Of a stretch of DNA of 64,000 nucleotides, positions 39,514 to 49,437 are shown piece by piece; the first letter of the stretch is position 1; each line of letters starts with the position of its first letter. The translations under genes and the position numbers were made by a program. Origin of the DNA: Phycisphaerae bacterium. GTDB lineage: Bacteria; Planctomycetota; Phycisphaerae; UBA1845; Fen-1342. The notes under the pieces were generated by a model. That model was not told the origin of the DNA. It was given only the letters and a program-made list of their open reading frames with translations, and ran no database searches. The DNA lies in assembly GCA_050115495.1 (NCBI GenBank), contig JASFQK010000016.1:75865-139864 (forward strand), written 5' to 3'.

Positions 39514-40911
39514 CTAGTCGAGCGCGTTGCGGATGTCGCGTAGCCCGCGGGCGTACCGCCGGACCGCGAAGTACAGTGCCGCCATCGGCGACAGGAATAC
39601 TACCGGCAACACACACGCCTGCGCGAATTGCAGTGCCGAGAGCGCCGGCTCTTCGATGCCGTTGTCCGGCGACAGGTGCCACTGCGACAGGGCGAGTCCG
39701 ACCGCGCAAACGGGCAGCAGCAGTCCCAGTGGCAGGAAGAGCGCTGCGGCGTAGCCGGTCAGCACCGTCGTCGGCCGTGGATCGCGCCAGCCGAACCGGC
39801 AGGTCACGAACGCCGCGATCCCGCCGGCGAGCATCGTGATCAGCAGCACCCCCAGGAACAGGCCGCCGAAGAGGAGGGTCGCCGTCGGCCAGTACTGGGG
39901 TAGGCCCACGTCACGGAGCAGCGCCCAATCGAGCGGCGCAGCGCACACCAGAAAGTGCCAGATCGCGACAATCCAGCACATCCGGACGGCGAAGCCGACC
40001 GCCTGGCTGCGTCCGTCGCGCACGGCGAGCGTGCGGAAGTAATGTGGTTGGCGCAGGATCTGCCAGGTCGTGCCGAAAAACGCGCGGAAGCGCCCTTCCA
40101 GACCGCGGGCGGCGAACCAGGGCGGCTGCGAGCGGGCGGTGGGTAGCGACGCGGCCAGTTCCAGCCCGCATTCCGGGCAGCGGCCCGTGATGGGCAGACC
40201 GGTGATCTGATAGCGGCAGCCGACGCAGTGCGGCGATCGTCGCTCAACGGCCTCCCGGCCAAGGCGCGGGACACGTGAGCCGAGCCGCAGCAGCACGTAC
40301 ATCCAGCAAACCGCCAGCAGCACCAGCCAGAACAGGACGAGCCAGTAGTCCACGTCTCCAGCGAAGGAGATGGTTTTCCGTCTCAGTACGATCACGCCCG
40401 CGAGGCCAGCGGACGCAGGCACGAACAGAATGCTGCTCCACAACGTGAGCTTGAGGCACTGGCCAAACGTACGCCACCGGCTGCCCGCATCGCCGACAAA
40501 CGGCACGAGACCCCAGGCGAGAATCCAGCAGGCGGCATGGGCGGCAAGCAGCGTGATCAGGAAGGGCCACACGGTGTACGCGCCCACCAGTGCCTGCGAC
40601 ATCTCAACCCCGACCACGCCCAGCACCCGCACGCGCTCCAGGAAGCTCGACTGGGCGAGTGTGCTCTCGATGTCCCACGGCCACCGCGGAGCAATGGCGA
40701 GCAGCGGGGGAACCACGGTGAGGAGCAGGGCCAGCCCGTGCGCCAACACCGCCTTGAACGGACTGGAGCGGACCAGCCGTGGTCCGAGACGCGCGGGGAT
40801 CAGGAGCAGGCCCGCCAGAATTGGCAGGAAGAGGAGGTAGCCAACCGGCCGAGCCTGAACGGGCGGCTCTGCCGGCGTGGATTCCCAGTACTCGGGGACG
40901 ACGTCGGTCAC
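39514..40911 (-). CDS. Family A copy 2
   Basis: MTDVVPEYWE start, CVGCRYQITGLPITGRCPECG and WQILRQPHYFRTL. GTGA overlap with B2. Confidence 0.85.
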   Translation of the reverse strand: MTDVVPEYWESTPAEPPVQARPVGYLLFLPILAGLLLIPARLGPRLVRSSPFKAVLAHGLALLLTVVPPLLAIAPRWPWDIESTLAQSSFLERVRVLGVVGVEMSQALVGAYTVWPFLITLLAAHAACWILAWGLVPFVGDAGSRWRTFGQCLKLTLWSSILFVPASAGLAGVIVLRRKTISFAGDVDYWLVLFWLVLLAVCWMYVLLRLGSRVPRLGREAVERRSPHCVGCRYQITGLPITGRCPECGLELAASLPTARSQPPWFAARGLEGRFRAFFGTTWQILRQPHYFRTLAVRDGRSQAVGFAVRMCWIVAIWHFLVCAAPLDWALLRDVGLPQYWPTATLLFGGLFLGVLLITMLAGGIAAFVTCRFGWRDPRPTTVLTGYAAALFLPLGLLLPVCAVGLALSQWHLSPDNGIEEPALSALQFAQACVLPVVFLSPMAALYFAVRRYARGLRDIRNALD

Positions 40912-42437
40912 GGTGTGCCCTCATCTGGATGCCCGCCAGGCCGTCGGCTCCTGCCGCGAATCGGCTCCAGACTGGGCTCGTCTCGTGGCTTCGAGCGCGG
41001 CTCAGAGTAGAGCCCGTCACCGTCGTCGGCCGACCCGGAGTGGGGATCGCGTGGCATACCGCCATCGTCATCGCCGTCTCGCCCGTGGGAGTAGAGGACA
41101 TAGTCGTTGCTCCCCACCGGCCGGTAGCCAAACGTCGCCCCGCTGAACGGGTCGGCCGGCAGGGCGGAGAGATACGCGGGCACGAGTTCGGCGAGGGCTT
41201 GGGGATAGGCCCCGTGCTCGCCGCGAAAGCGGGCCAGGGCGAGCGCCACGCGCGTCGCCTCACGCGCGGCCTCCCCACAGACGCGGCGGCTGTAGAGGTT
41301 TTCGTAGCTGTGCCAGCAGAACCAGCACAGGACGCGTCCGTCCAAAAGGTCAAACGGCAGGCCGGGGCCCGTCAGCCGCTCCGCCTCGGCCACGGCTTCG
41401 GCGTAGTCCAGCTCGACGACACGGCGCAGGGCGCCGTAGCACGACGCCCGCTTGGCTTCGACAGTCTGGCGGTCGTTGTAGAGGAACGAGGCGAGGTTCC
41501 AGATCGGCAAGCACGCGTCGGGGCCGACCGGGTCGAAATCAAGCAGCCGCGCGGAGAGCGGCCATTGGCGGGAGAGCACAAACCAACCTTGGCCGTTCGC
41601 GTCGCGCGTGTAGCTGGCGTCGATGATGGCTTGGGCCACGGCCTCCTCGCCGGTGATCGCCGCAGGCCAGGTCCGGCTCAGCGAGGGTAGCTGGCAGAGC
41701 TGGTCGTCCATCTCCTTCAGCAGATCGTCGTCGAGCGTGTGCTCGCGGCTCATGAAGCGCAACTCGTCGAGGCAGGTGCGAAGGCAGGTATCCTGTGCGT
41801 ACGCTGGCAGAGTGCCGTCTATCCGAAGGTCCCGTGCCACCCAGAGCGCGGTTTTCAGGTCTTCCCAGGCCGCCACGACGTCGGCCTGCTCGGCATGCTG
41901 GTAGCGGGCGTCGGCAACGAGCAGGAACGCGATTCGATAAAGGTGTGACAGGCAGAATCCGTCATAGCCCGGCTCTTGCGAGCCACACCAGTCGAACTGC
42001 CAGGGCCGTCCGCGCAGGTCATGGAGGCTGGCGATCCGCTCGCGCGTGTCGTCATCCCGGAGATAGTCGATGACCGCCCGGAGGTGAGGGCGGTCGGCGG
42101 GGGTCCACGGGCCGCGGAGCACATCTTGCGGCGAGAGCACGTACGTGTTCCCCGCGGGCCAAGTCCACTTCATTCCCTTCGGTGCCGGCGGCAGGCGGTA
42201 ACGGACCTCTTCCGCCACGGTGAGCGCCAGCTTCGTCAGCTCCGCCGTGGCGTCATTAGGCTCCCGCGGGCCGGGGGCGGTTATGCCCTTGAAGATGTCC
42301 TCGACACTCCGCGGCGGCTCCACGGTCAGCCGTAGATACGCGTACCACCCGAACCAGCCGAGCAGCAGGGCCGCGATGCCCAGGCGCAGACGGCGCCACC
42401 GTCGAGCGCGGGCGGTCTTCGTCGGCGCGGCGGTCAT
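40908..42437 (-). CDS. Family B copy 2
   Basis: ATG 42437 overlaps the B3 stop (ATGA). YAYLRLTVEPP, ADARYQHAE and YPQALAELVPAYL...DPF...YSHGRDGDDDGG. Confidence 0.85.
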   Translation of the reverse strand: MTAAPTKTARARRWRRLRLGIAALLLGWFGWYAYLRLTVEPPRSVEDIFKGITAPGPREPNDATAELTKLALTVAEEVRYRLPPAPKGMKWTWPAGNTYVLSPQDVLRGPWTPADRPHLRAVIDYLRDDDTRERIASLHDLRGRPWQFDWCGSQEPGYDGFCLSHLYRIAFLLVADARYQHAEQADVVAAWEDLKTALWVARDLRIDGTLPAYAQDTCLRTCLDELRFMSREHTLDDDLLKEMDDQLCQLPSLSRTWPAAITGEEAVAQAIIDASYTRDANGQGWFVLSRQWPLSARLLDFDPVGPDACLPIWNLASFLYNDRQTVEAKRASCYGALRRVVELDYAEAVAEAERLTGPGLPFDLLDGRVLCWFCWHSYENLYSRRVCGEAAREATRVALALARFRGEHGAYPQALAELVPAYLSALPADPFSGATFGYRPVGSNDYVLYSHGRDGDDDGGMPRDPHSGSADDGDGLYSEPRSKPRDEPSLEPIRGRSRRPGGHPDEGTP

Positions 42438-43924
42438 TGTGGTCCTCCGTCCATCGGCACTAACCTGGGCTCGCACATCGGATCCCGGCGCGGCCCGGAG
42501 TAGACCAGGTCACAGTCGTCGACACGCCGGCCTCCCGGGCTGGGAGCGGCGCCGCCGTCGTCATCGCCGTCCGGACCGCGCGAGTAGAGCACATAGGCCT
42601 CGCCATATCGGCGATAGAGGAACGGCGCGTCCCCGAATGGATCCAGCGGCAGAGCGGACATGTACGCCGGCACGAGTTCGGCCAGGCTCTCCGGGTACTT
42701 CCCACGTTCGCTCCGGCAGCGGCCGAGGGCGAGCGCCAGACGCGTCGCGTCGATTTCGGCATGCGTGGCCAGCAGTTGGCAGTACGCCTGCACAAGAGCC
42801 GGTGTGCACAGCCCCTTGAGAACGGCGCCGTCGACCGAGCAGAAGGGTCCGTCGCGCAGGCCCAGCCGATCAATGCTGGTCCGGGCGTCCGCGTAGGTCA
42901 GGTCGACGAGCTGGCGCAGCGCATCGAAGTACCGCGCACGCTTGGCCTCAACCGTGCGGCGATCGCTGTAACAGGCGGACGCCAGGTTCCAGAGCGGGTG
43001 TTGCGCGAACGATCGAGGAATCACAGCCAGCAGTCGGTTCTGTTGCCGGCTGACCACGTACCAGCCCTGGCCGTGCTGGTCGCGAGTGAAGCACGTGTCG
43101 ATCGTACGTTGGATCATCGCTTCCTCGTGGATCACGGCCGCGCGCCACGTTTCGCGCAACGGAGACCATGCGCGCAGGGCGGCGTCGATCTCCGCGACGA
43201 GCGCCTTGTCCGGGGCATGCTCGCGGCTCATTTGCTGCAGTTCCGAGAGAAACAAGCGTGCGTGGCTCAGTTGCAGGATCACGCCGAGCGCGGACTCCGG
43301 TTCATCGGGCTGCGAAAGCCAGATCGCCGTCTTCAGGTCCTGCCAGGCGGCGGCGAGATCGCCACGTTCGGCATGTTGGTAACGGGCGTCGGCCGCCAGC
43401 AGAACGATCGCGCTGTACCGCTTCCACATCTCCAGGCCGGCGTAACGGGGCTCGTCCGAACGGAAAAAGTCGTACTGCCACGGCCGCCCGGACAGGGCGT
43501 GCAAGGCAGCGAGGCGTTCACGCGTCAGGTTGTCGCCGAGATGGGCGATTACGGCCCGTAGGTGGGGACGGTCCACCGGCTTCCACCAGCCACGCGTGAT
43601 GTCGCCAACGGCAAGGTACTCCGGCGTCTCTTGGCGGTGCCACTGCCACTTCATGCCCGCCGGTACGGACGGCAGATCGAACGGGACCTGCTCCGTCAGC
43701 GTGAGGACGAGTTGGCCCAGCTCAGCGGTGACGTCGTCCGGCTCCGGCGGGCCGGGGTCGGTCGCGTCCGCGAAAGCGGCCTGCTCACTGAGCGGCGGCT
43801 CTACCGTCAGCCGCAGGTACGCGTACCGCCCGAAGTGGCTGAGCAGGAGGACGGCAATTGCCAAGTGTGAAATCCACCGCCACCAGCGACCAGCGCCAGC
43901 GGCCCTCCCCCATGCAGTGGTCAT
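42434..43924 (-). CDS. Family B copy 3
   Basis: Full-length paralog with GGGAGG RBS. Confidence 0.85.
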   Translation of the reverse strand: MTTAWGRAAGAGRWWRWISHLAIAVLLLSHFGRYAYLRLTVEPPLSEQAAFADATDPGPPEPDDVTAELGQLVLTLTEQVPFDLPSVPAGMKWQWHRQETPEYLAVGDITRGWWKPVDRPHLRAVIAHLGDNLTRERLAALHALSGRPWQYDFFRSDEPRYAGLEMWKRYSAIVLLAADARYQHAERGDLAAAWQDLKTAIWLSQPDEPESALGVILQLSHARLFLSELQQMSREHAPDKALVAEIDAALRAWSPLRETWRAAVIHEEAMIQRTIDTCFTRDQHGQGWYVVSRQQNRLLAVIPRSFAQHPLWNLASACYSDRRTVEAKRARYFDALRQLVDLTYADARTSIDRLGLRDGPFCSVDGAVLKGLCTPALVQAYCQLLATHAEIDATRLALALGRCRSERGKYPESLAELVPAYMSALPLDPFGDAPFLYRRYGEAYVLYSRGPDGDDDGGAAPSPGGRRVDDCDLVYSGPRRDPMCEPRLVPMDGGPQ

Positions 43925-44020
43925 GGTAATCCTCCCACTTACGCCGCGGCAGTCGGCACGCGGCGACGATCACCTGTTGCGATCGCCAACCGGCGCGGCG
44001 CCGCAGCGCTATCTACCCCT

Positions 44021-44048
44021 ATTCTCTATCGGCGATCGCATTCGTCAA
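44021..44048 (-). promoter_or_regulatory. Conserved module promoter (before B3)
   Basis: TTGACG-N16-GAGAAT, followed by AGATAGCGCTGCGGC. Confidence 0.65.
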
Positions 44049-44056
44049 CCCGGCGC

Positions 44057-44340
44057 GTGGCGTCGGCCCCCCGTGGCCGACGTCGATCGCCAACGGACGC
44101 CCAGCTTGCGTGCAGCGTCCGGCGGGGTGTGGCATGCTGAAGCCTCAGGCGCCGGCATGTCTTTTCTTGGCGTCGGGGAGCACATGCCGAATGGCGCGCG
44201 ACACGCGCGTCTGTCCGAGCCGCGATCGGGAGCGAGCGGTGTGCGCGGACGGCGCGTTGCTGGCGGCAACCCGTCGCTACCGCTCGGGGCTCGGATCGGC
44301 GTTGACACGCCTCACCCGTCACTACCGCTCAGGGCTCGGG
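44057..44340. repeat. Composite repeat cluster: R2, truncated R1 (44129-44189), and R3 doublet with a duplicated right unit
   Basis: The R1 right arm is missing. CCGAGCCGCGATCGGGAGCGAGCGG...ACCCGTCGCTACCGCTCGGGGCTCGG follows. Confidence 0.8.
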
Positions 44341-44371
44341 TTTGTGCTGCGTGGGTCGCTCCCCCATTCCG

Positions 44372-45799
44372 CTACGTCATCGCGTGCCGAACGTCCTGCA
44401 ACGCAACGAAATACCGCCGCAAGCCGACCACGAACGCCCACACCGCCGGCGTGAACGCCACGACCAGCGCGATCCCGTCGGCCAGCAACAGCCCTGATTG
44501 CGGCAATTCATCGACCCACACCTTCCACCCCGTGCACATGTGCAGAACGGCCAGCGCCGCCGGCGCGAGTGGCAGCAGCAAGCCTACCGGCAGGAAGAGC
44601 GCCGCCGCGTAGCCGGTCGCGGTGGTTGTTCGCCCCGGGTCGCGGAATCCGAACCAGCACGCCGCCAGGGCGACCAGCCCGCCGACGAACGTGGTGATCA
44701 GCAGTGTCCCCAGCAGCAGCATGCTGAGCAGCAGCACCATCGCCGGCCAGAACTCCTCGCCGACGCTGTCGTCGGCTTCGGCGAGACCGACCGGTACGGC
44801 GGCCACCAGCATCGTCCACACCGCCACCAGCCAGCACGTGCGTATGGCGAAGCGCACGGCTTGCACCTGGCCTGCGTGCACAGCCAGCGTGCGGAAGAAG
44901 TGTGGCTGGCGCAGAATCCGCCAGGATGTGCCAAACCACGCCCGGCAACGCCGAATCGGACCCCGTGCCGTCGCCCACGCGGGCTGTCGGCGGGCGTCGG
45001 GCGACGCGTCGGCGGATGTCCCGCGGATACCGGGCAACGATACGCCGACCGCCAGGCCGCATTCCGGGCACGTGCCGTCGACCGGCAGTCCGGTGAGCCG
45101 ATAGCCGCAGCCGGTGCAGCACGGCGGTCGCTTCTCGGCCTCCGTCCCGCTGAGCCGATGCACGCGCGAGCCGAGCCACACCAACAGGTGCAGCCAGTAC
45201 ACACCCCAGGCGAGCCAACCCACGACGATCAACAGCTCTTCATCCCACTCGTACGCCGAGTAGTGGTACCTCGCGGCCAGCAGGGCCGACAGACCGGCGG
45301 CGAACGGCACGAACGAGAGGCTGCTCCAGAAGGTGAGCTTCAGTGCGCGAACGAACGTACGGCGCCGCGTCCCGCCGCTGGCGACGATCGGCACCAGGCC
45401 GCGGGCTAGGAACCAGCAACCCACGTGGCCGGCGACGAGCCCGATCACGAGCGACATCGCGTTGGGGCCGCTCGCGGTCGTTTGCATGCTCTCCACGGCG
45501 AAGACGAGCGGCAGGCGGATGATCTCCGAGGTGGTCATGTTCGCTGTCGACACTGAGCGCAACTCGAGCTCGTCGGGCTCCAGGCCGATCAGCACCAGAC
45601 CCGTGCCGAGCACCAGGGCCGCCAGATGCACCAGGATGGCCAGGAAGACGCTGGAGCACGCCAGCCGCGGCCCCAGTCGTCCGGGCAGCACGAATTGCCC
45701 CACAGCCGCCGGCAGGAACAGCAGCAGGCCGATCGGACGTGGCTGGATCGGCGGCTCCGCGGCCGGGGATTCCCAATGTTCGGGGACGACGTCGGTCAC
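44372..45799 (-). CDS. Family A copy 3
   Basis: MTDVVPEHWE and CTGCGYRLTGLPVDGTCPECG. GTGA overlap with B4. Confidence 0.85.
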   Translation of the reverse strand: MTDVVPEHWESPAAEPPIQPRPIGLLLFLPAAVGQFVLPGRLGPRLACSSVFLAILVHLAALVLGTGLVLIGLEPDELELRSVSTANMTTSEIIRLPLVFAVESMQTTASGPNAMSLVIGLVAGHVGCWFLARGLVPIVASGGTRRRTFVRALKLTFWSSLSFVPFAAGLSALLAARYHYSAYEWDEELLIVVGWLAWGVYWLHLLVWLGSRVHRLSGTEAEKRPPCCTGCGYRLTGLPVDGTCPECGLAVGVSLPGIRGTSADASPDARRQPAWATARGPIRRCRAWFGTSWRILRQPHFFRTLAVHAGQVQAVRFAIRTCWLVAVWTMLVAAVPVGLAEADDSVGEEFWPAMVLLLSMLLLGTLLITTFVGGLVALAACWFGFRDPGRTTTATGYAAALFLPVGLLLPLAPAALAVLHMCTGWKVWVDELPQSGLLLADGIALVVAFTPAVWAFVVGLRRYFVALQDVRHAMT

Positions 45800-47355
45800 G
45801 GTTCGCTCTCCTCAGATTCCTCTTCAGGTTCCACCTCGGTCGCGCTCTCGCCGATCGGCACGAGTTCGGGCTCGCACAGTGGCCGTGGACGCCTGTAGGA
45901 GTAGAGCGTGTCCGGGTCGCTACGGGCAGTGCGATCGGGAAACCACGTCTTGCCACCATCGTCAACGCCGTCGTCGCCGCGCGAGTAGAGCACGTACGTG
46001 TCACCGTCTCGGCGATACTGAAACGGCCCGTCGGCGAACGGGTCGAGTGGCAGGTCGGGGATGCAGGTAGGGACGAGTTCGGCAAGGGTCTCCGGATAGA
46101 CGCCGTGTTCACTCTTGAAACGGCTGAGGGCTAGCGTCAGACGCGTCGCGCCCGCGGCGGCGTAGGTGGCGACGGTGTCCTCGTAAGCCCACGGTGTGGA
46201 CCAGAGCATTACCAGGTGAAGCACGCCGCCATCCAAGCTGGTGAAAGGCGACTCTGGTGCGGTGAAGGACTCCCCTCTGGGGGCCATTTCGTCTACCACT
46301 GCCAGAGCGTCCGCGTAGGGCAACTCGGGCAGTGAGCGCAGGAGGTCGTAATATGCCGCCCGCTTGGTCTCAACGGTCCGGCGGTCGTTGTATAGGACCG
46401 AGGCGAGGTTCCAGAGCGGAAGTTGGCCGGCGGTTGCCAAGGCGGTGTCGCGGGAAAGCCGCTTCAGGAGCGGTTGCCGGCGACTGAGGACGTACCATCC
46501 TTGGCCGGTGCCGTCGCGCGTGAAGCAGGCGTCGATCAGACGCTGTGTGGCGGCCTCTTCGCCGTTCATGGCTGCTGGCCAGGTCTGACGCGGCGAGGGC
46601 CACTGGCGCAACACGCGGTCGATGTCGGCGGCCAAGGCGCCGTCGACGATGTGCTCACGGCTCATGTGCTGTAGCTCTGGCAGGAAGAGCCGCGCGCAAC
46701 CTGCTTGCAGGAGTACAGTGAGCAAGGTCTCCACCTCGACTGGCCGCGACAGCCAGATCGCCGTCTGCACGTCCTCCCAGGCGGCCGCGAGGTCGCCGCG
46801 CTCCGCGTGCTGATAGCGGGCGTCGGACGTCAGCAACTTGACGGCGGCGCGCCGTTGCGTCAGCGAGATCCCCTCGTACGTGCCCCGCCTGAAGCCGTAC
46901 TGGTCGTAGTGCCAGGGCCGCCCACGCAGGGCGCGCAGGGCGGCGAGGCGCTCGCGCGTGGCGTCGTCCTCGAGATGAGCGATCACGGCCCGCAGATTGG
47001 GTCGGTCCGCCGGCGTCCACGGGCCACGCGTGATGTCCTCTATGCTGAGATGACCCGCGTCATAGTCGTACCGCCACTTCCACGCCATCCCCTCCGGCGG
47101 TGGCAGCGTGAATGGGACCTCCGCGGTCAGGGCGAGGACGAGCGTCGTCAGCTCCGCCGTGACATCGCCCGGCTCCGGCGGGCCGAGCGGGACCGTGCCA
47201 GCGTACACGTCTTCGACACGGATGGGCGGCTCGACGGTCAGTCGCAGGTAGGCATACCACCCGAACCAGCCGAGCAGCACAGCTACCACACCCAGGCGCA
47301 TACGCCACGGCCACCGGCGACGAGCGTCAGCGGGTCTCCCGGGCGTGCCAGTCAT
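45796..47355 (-). CDS. Family B copy 4
   Basis: ATG 47355 after GGGAGGG; full-length paralog. Confidence 0.85.
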   Translation of the reverse strand: MTGTPGRPADARRRWPWRMRLGVVAVLLGWFGWYAYLRLTVEPPIRVEDVYAGTVPLGPPEPGDVTAELTTLVLALTAEVPFTLPPPEGMAWKWRYDYDAGHLSIEDITRGPWTPADRPNLRAVIAHLEDDATRERLAALRALRGRPWHYDQYGFRRGTYEGISLTQRRAAVKLLTSDARYQHAERGDLAAAWEDVQTAIWLSRPVEVETLLTVLLQAGCARLFLPELQHMSREHIVDGALAADIDRVLRQWPSPRQTWPAAMNGEEAATQRLIDACFTRDGTGQGWYVLSRRQPLLKRLSRDTALATAGQLPLWNLASVLYNDRRTVETKRAAYYDLLRSLPELPYADALAVVDEMAPRGESFTAPESPFTSLDGGVLHLVMLWSTPWAYEDTVATYAAAGATRLTLALSRFKSEHGVYPETLAELVPTCIPDLPLDPFADGPFQYRRDGDTYVLYSRGDDGVDDGGKTWFPDRTARSDPDTLYSYRRPRPLCEPELVPIGESATEVEPEEESEESEP

Positions 47356-47451
47356 CGAAGCCCTCCCATTTACGCTACGGCGGGCGAAGCGGGCCGACGT
47401 TCGCCTGTTGCGACCGCCAGCCGGCATGGCGCCGCAGCGCTATCTGTCTCT

Positions 47452-47479
47452 ATTGTCTGTTGCTCGGCCGGCCCGTCAA
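47452..47479 (-). promoter_or_regulatory. Conserved module promoter (before B4)
   Basis: TTGACG-N16-GACAAT, followed by AGATAGCGCTGCGGC. Confidence 0.65.
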
Positions 47480-47497
47480 CCCGGGGGGTGGGAGAGA

Positions 47498-47760
47498 GTG
47501 GCATGCTGAAGCCTCAGGCGCCGGGATGTCTTCTTCGCGTGGTGGGGACCACATGCCGGCGCTGCGCTTCGGCATGCCACACACGGTAGCGTCGGCCCCC
47601 CGTGGCCGACGTCGAACGCCGAAAGACGCCCAGCTTGCGTGCAGCGCCCGGTCTGCGCCGTCTGTCCGGGCCGCGACCGGTAGGGAGCGGTGTACGCGGA
47701 CAGCGCGTTATTGGCGGCAACCCGTCGCTGCCGCTCGGGGTTCGGACGGGCGTTGACACG
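47498..47760. repeat. Composite repeat cluster: R1 (copy 4), R2, R3
   Basis: R1 at 47498-47580, R2 at 47586-47615 and R3 at about 47665-47746. Confidence 0.8.
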
Positions 47761-47788
47761 CTTGACCTGTCGGTGCCGCCCGTGCCCT

Positions 47789-49300
47789 TCATGGCTTACC
47801 CGGCGTGCCAGTTCCGATCGGCACCAGTTCGGGTTCGAACGCTGGGTCCGGACGCCCGTAGGAGTAGACGTAGTCCGGGTCCCTGAAGGAGGGCCTCCCG
47901 GGCCTGAGCGTAACGCCGCCGTCGTCGATACCGTCCGAACCACGCGAATACAGCACGTACCCGTCGCCATCCCGGCGATACGTGAACGGCGCATTGGCGA
48001 ACGGATCGAGCGGCTGGTCGGAGATGTACATGGGCACGAGTTCCCCCAGCGTCTCCGGGTACACCCCGCGTTCGCCCTTGAAGCGGCAGAGGGCGAGCAT
48101 CAGACGCGTTGCATCGATTGCGGCATACGTAGCGAGCAGTTGGCCGTACGCGTCCCGAAGATGATGCATGTCGATTGTGTTTAGAGCGACGCCGTCGACG
48201 GGGCAAAACGGCCGCGGGGGGGTGCCCAGTCGGTCCAGTTCGACCAGGACGTCGGCGTAGCTCAGATCAACGAGACGGCGCATGGCGTCGAAGTACGCGG
48301 CTCGCTTCGCTTCGACGGAGCGGCGATCGTTGTAGATGACGGACGCCAGATTCCAGAGCGGGTGCTGGGCGAACGCCCCGCAAACCGGTCTGGCGACCCA
48401 CGTCAATCGCGGGTCAGATTGCCGGCTGGGCACACACCATCCCTGACCGTTCTCGTCGAGCGTGAAGCATGCATCGATCGTATGCTGGACGTTTGCCTCT
48501 TCGCCGGCCACGGCTGCTTGCCACGTCTCGTCGAGCGGAGGCCACTGGCGCAGCGTGGCGTCGATCTCCGCGACGAGCGCGGCATCGAGCATGTATTCGC
48601 GACTCATATGCCGCAGCTCCGTGAGGACGATATGAACAGGGGCGCGTCGCATGATCACAGTAAATGCGGTCTCCTCCTCCTCGGGCCGTGCCAGCCAGAG
48701 AGCAGTTTGAAGGTCCCGCCAGGCGGCGGCCAAGTCGCCACGCTGCGCATGCTGGTAGCGGGCGTCGGCTACCAGCAACTGAACGGGGTACCGCCGATTC
48801 GACCACGTGATGCCCCTGTAGTTGGGCTGGATCGAGTTATCGAAATCGAACTGCCACGGCCGTCCGCGCAGGGCGTGCAGGTTGAGAATGCGCAAGCCCG
48901 TGAGGTTGTCCTCCAGATGGGCGATTACCGCCTGCAGTTGAGGACGGCTTGCCGGCGTCCACTCGCCGCGGACGGCATCCCTGATTTCAAGACACGTTAG
49001 CGGCCCGCGGCGATGCCACGTCCATTCCATCCCCTCCGGCGGCGGCGGCAGCGTGAGCGGTACGAGCTGGGTCAGAGGGAGGAGGACCTCGGTTAGCTCG
49101 GCGGTGACGTCGTTTGGCTTCGACGGGCCGGGGTTGGTCGCGTTGCTGAAAACGGCCCAGACGCTGAGCGGTGGGTCCACGGTCAGCCGCAAGTACGCGT
49201 ACCGTCCGAAGCACGCGAGCAGCAGGGCGATGACCACGAGGCGCAGAACCCACCGCCACCAGCGACGAGCGCGGGCGGTCCTCCCCGAGGCAGCAGTCAT
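47789..49300 (-). CDS. Family B copy 5
   Basis: ATG 49300 after GGGAGG; full-length paralog. Confidence 0.85.
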   Translation of the reverse strand: MTAASGRTARARRWWRWVLRLVVIALLLACFGRYAYLRLTVDPPLSVWAVFSNATNPGPSKPNDVTAELTEVLLPLTQLVPLTLPPPPEGMEWTWHRRGPLTCLEIRDAVRGEWTPASRPQLQAVIAHLEDNLTGLRILNLHALRGRPWQFDFDNSIQPNYRGITWSNRRYPVQLLVADARYQHAQRGDLAAAWRDLQTALWLARPEEEETAFTVIMRRAPVHIVLTELRHMSREYMLDAALVAEIDATLRQWPPLDETWQAAVAGEEANVQHTIDACFTLDENGQGWCVPSRQSDPRLTWVARPVCGAFAQHPLWNLASVIYNDRRSVEAKRAAYFDAMRRLVDLSYADVLVELDRLGTPPRPFCPVDGVALNTIDMHHLRDAYGQLLATYAAIDATRLMLALCRFKGERGVYPETLGELVPMYISDQPLDPFANAPFTYRRDGDGYVLYSRGSDGIDDGGVTLRPGRPSFRDPDYVYSYGRPDPAFEPELVPIGTGTPGKP

Positions 49301-49395
49301 CGCATCCTCCCACTTACGCCGCGGCGGTCCGCACGCGGCGACGATCACCTGTCGCGACCGCTGGCCGGCACAGCGCCGCAGCGCTATCTACGTTC

Positions 49396-49423
49396 ATTGT
49401 CTGCCGCTTGGCCGGATCGTCAA
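49396..49423 (-). promoter_or_regulatory. Conserved module promoter (before B5)
   Basis: TTGACG-N16-GACAAT, followed by AGATAGCGCTGCGGC. Confidence 0.65.
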
Positions 49424-49437
49424 CCCGGTGGGTGGGT

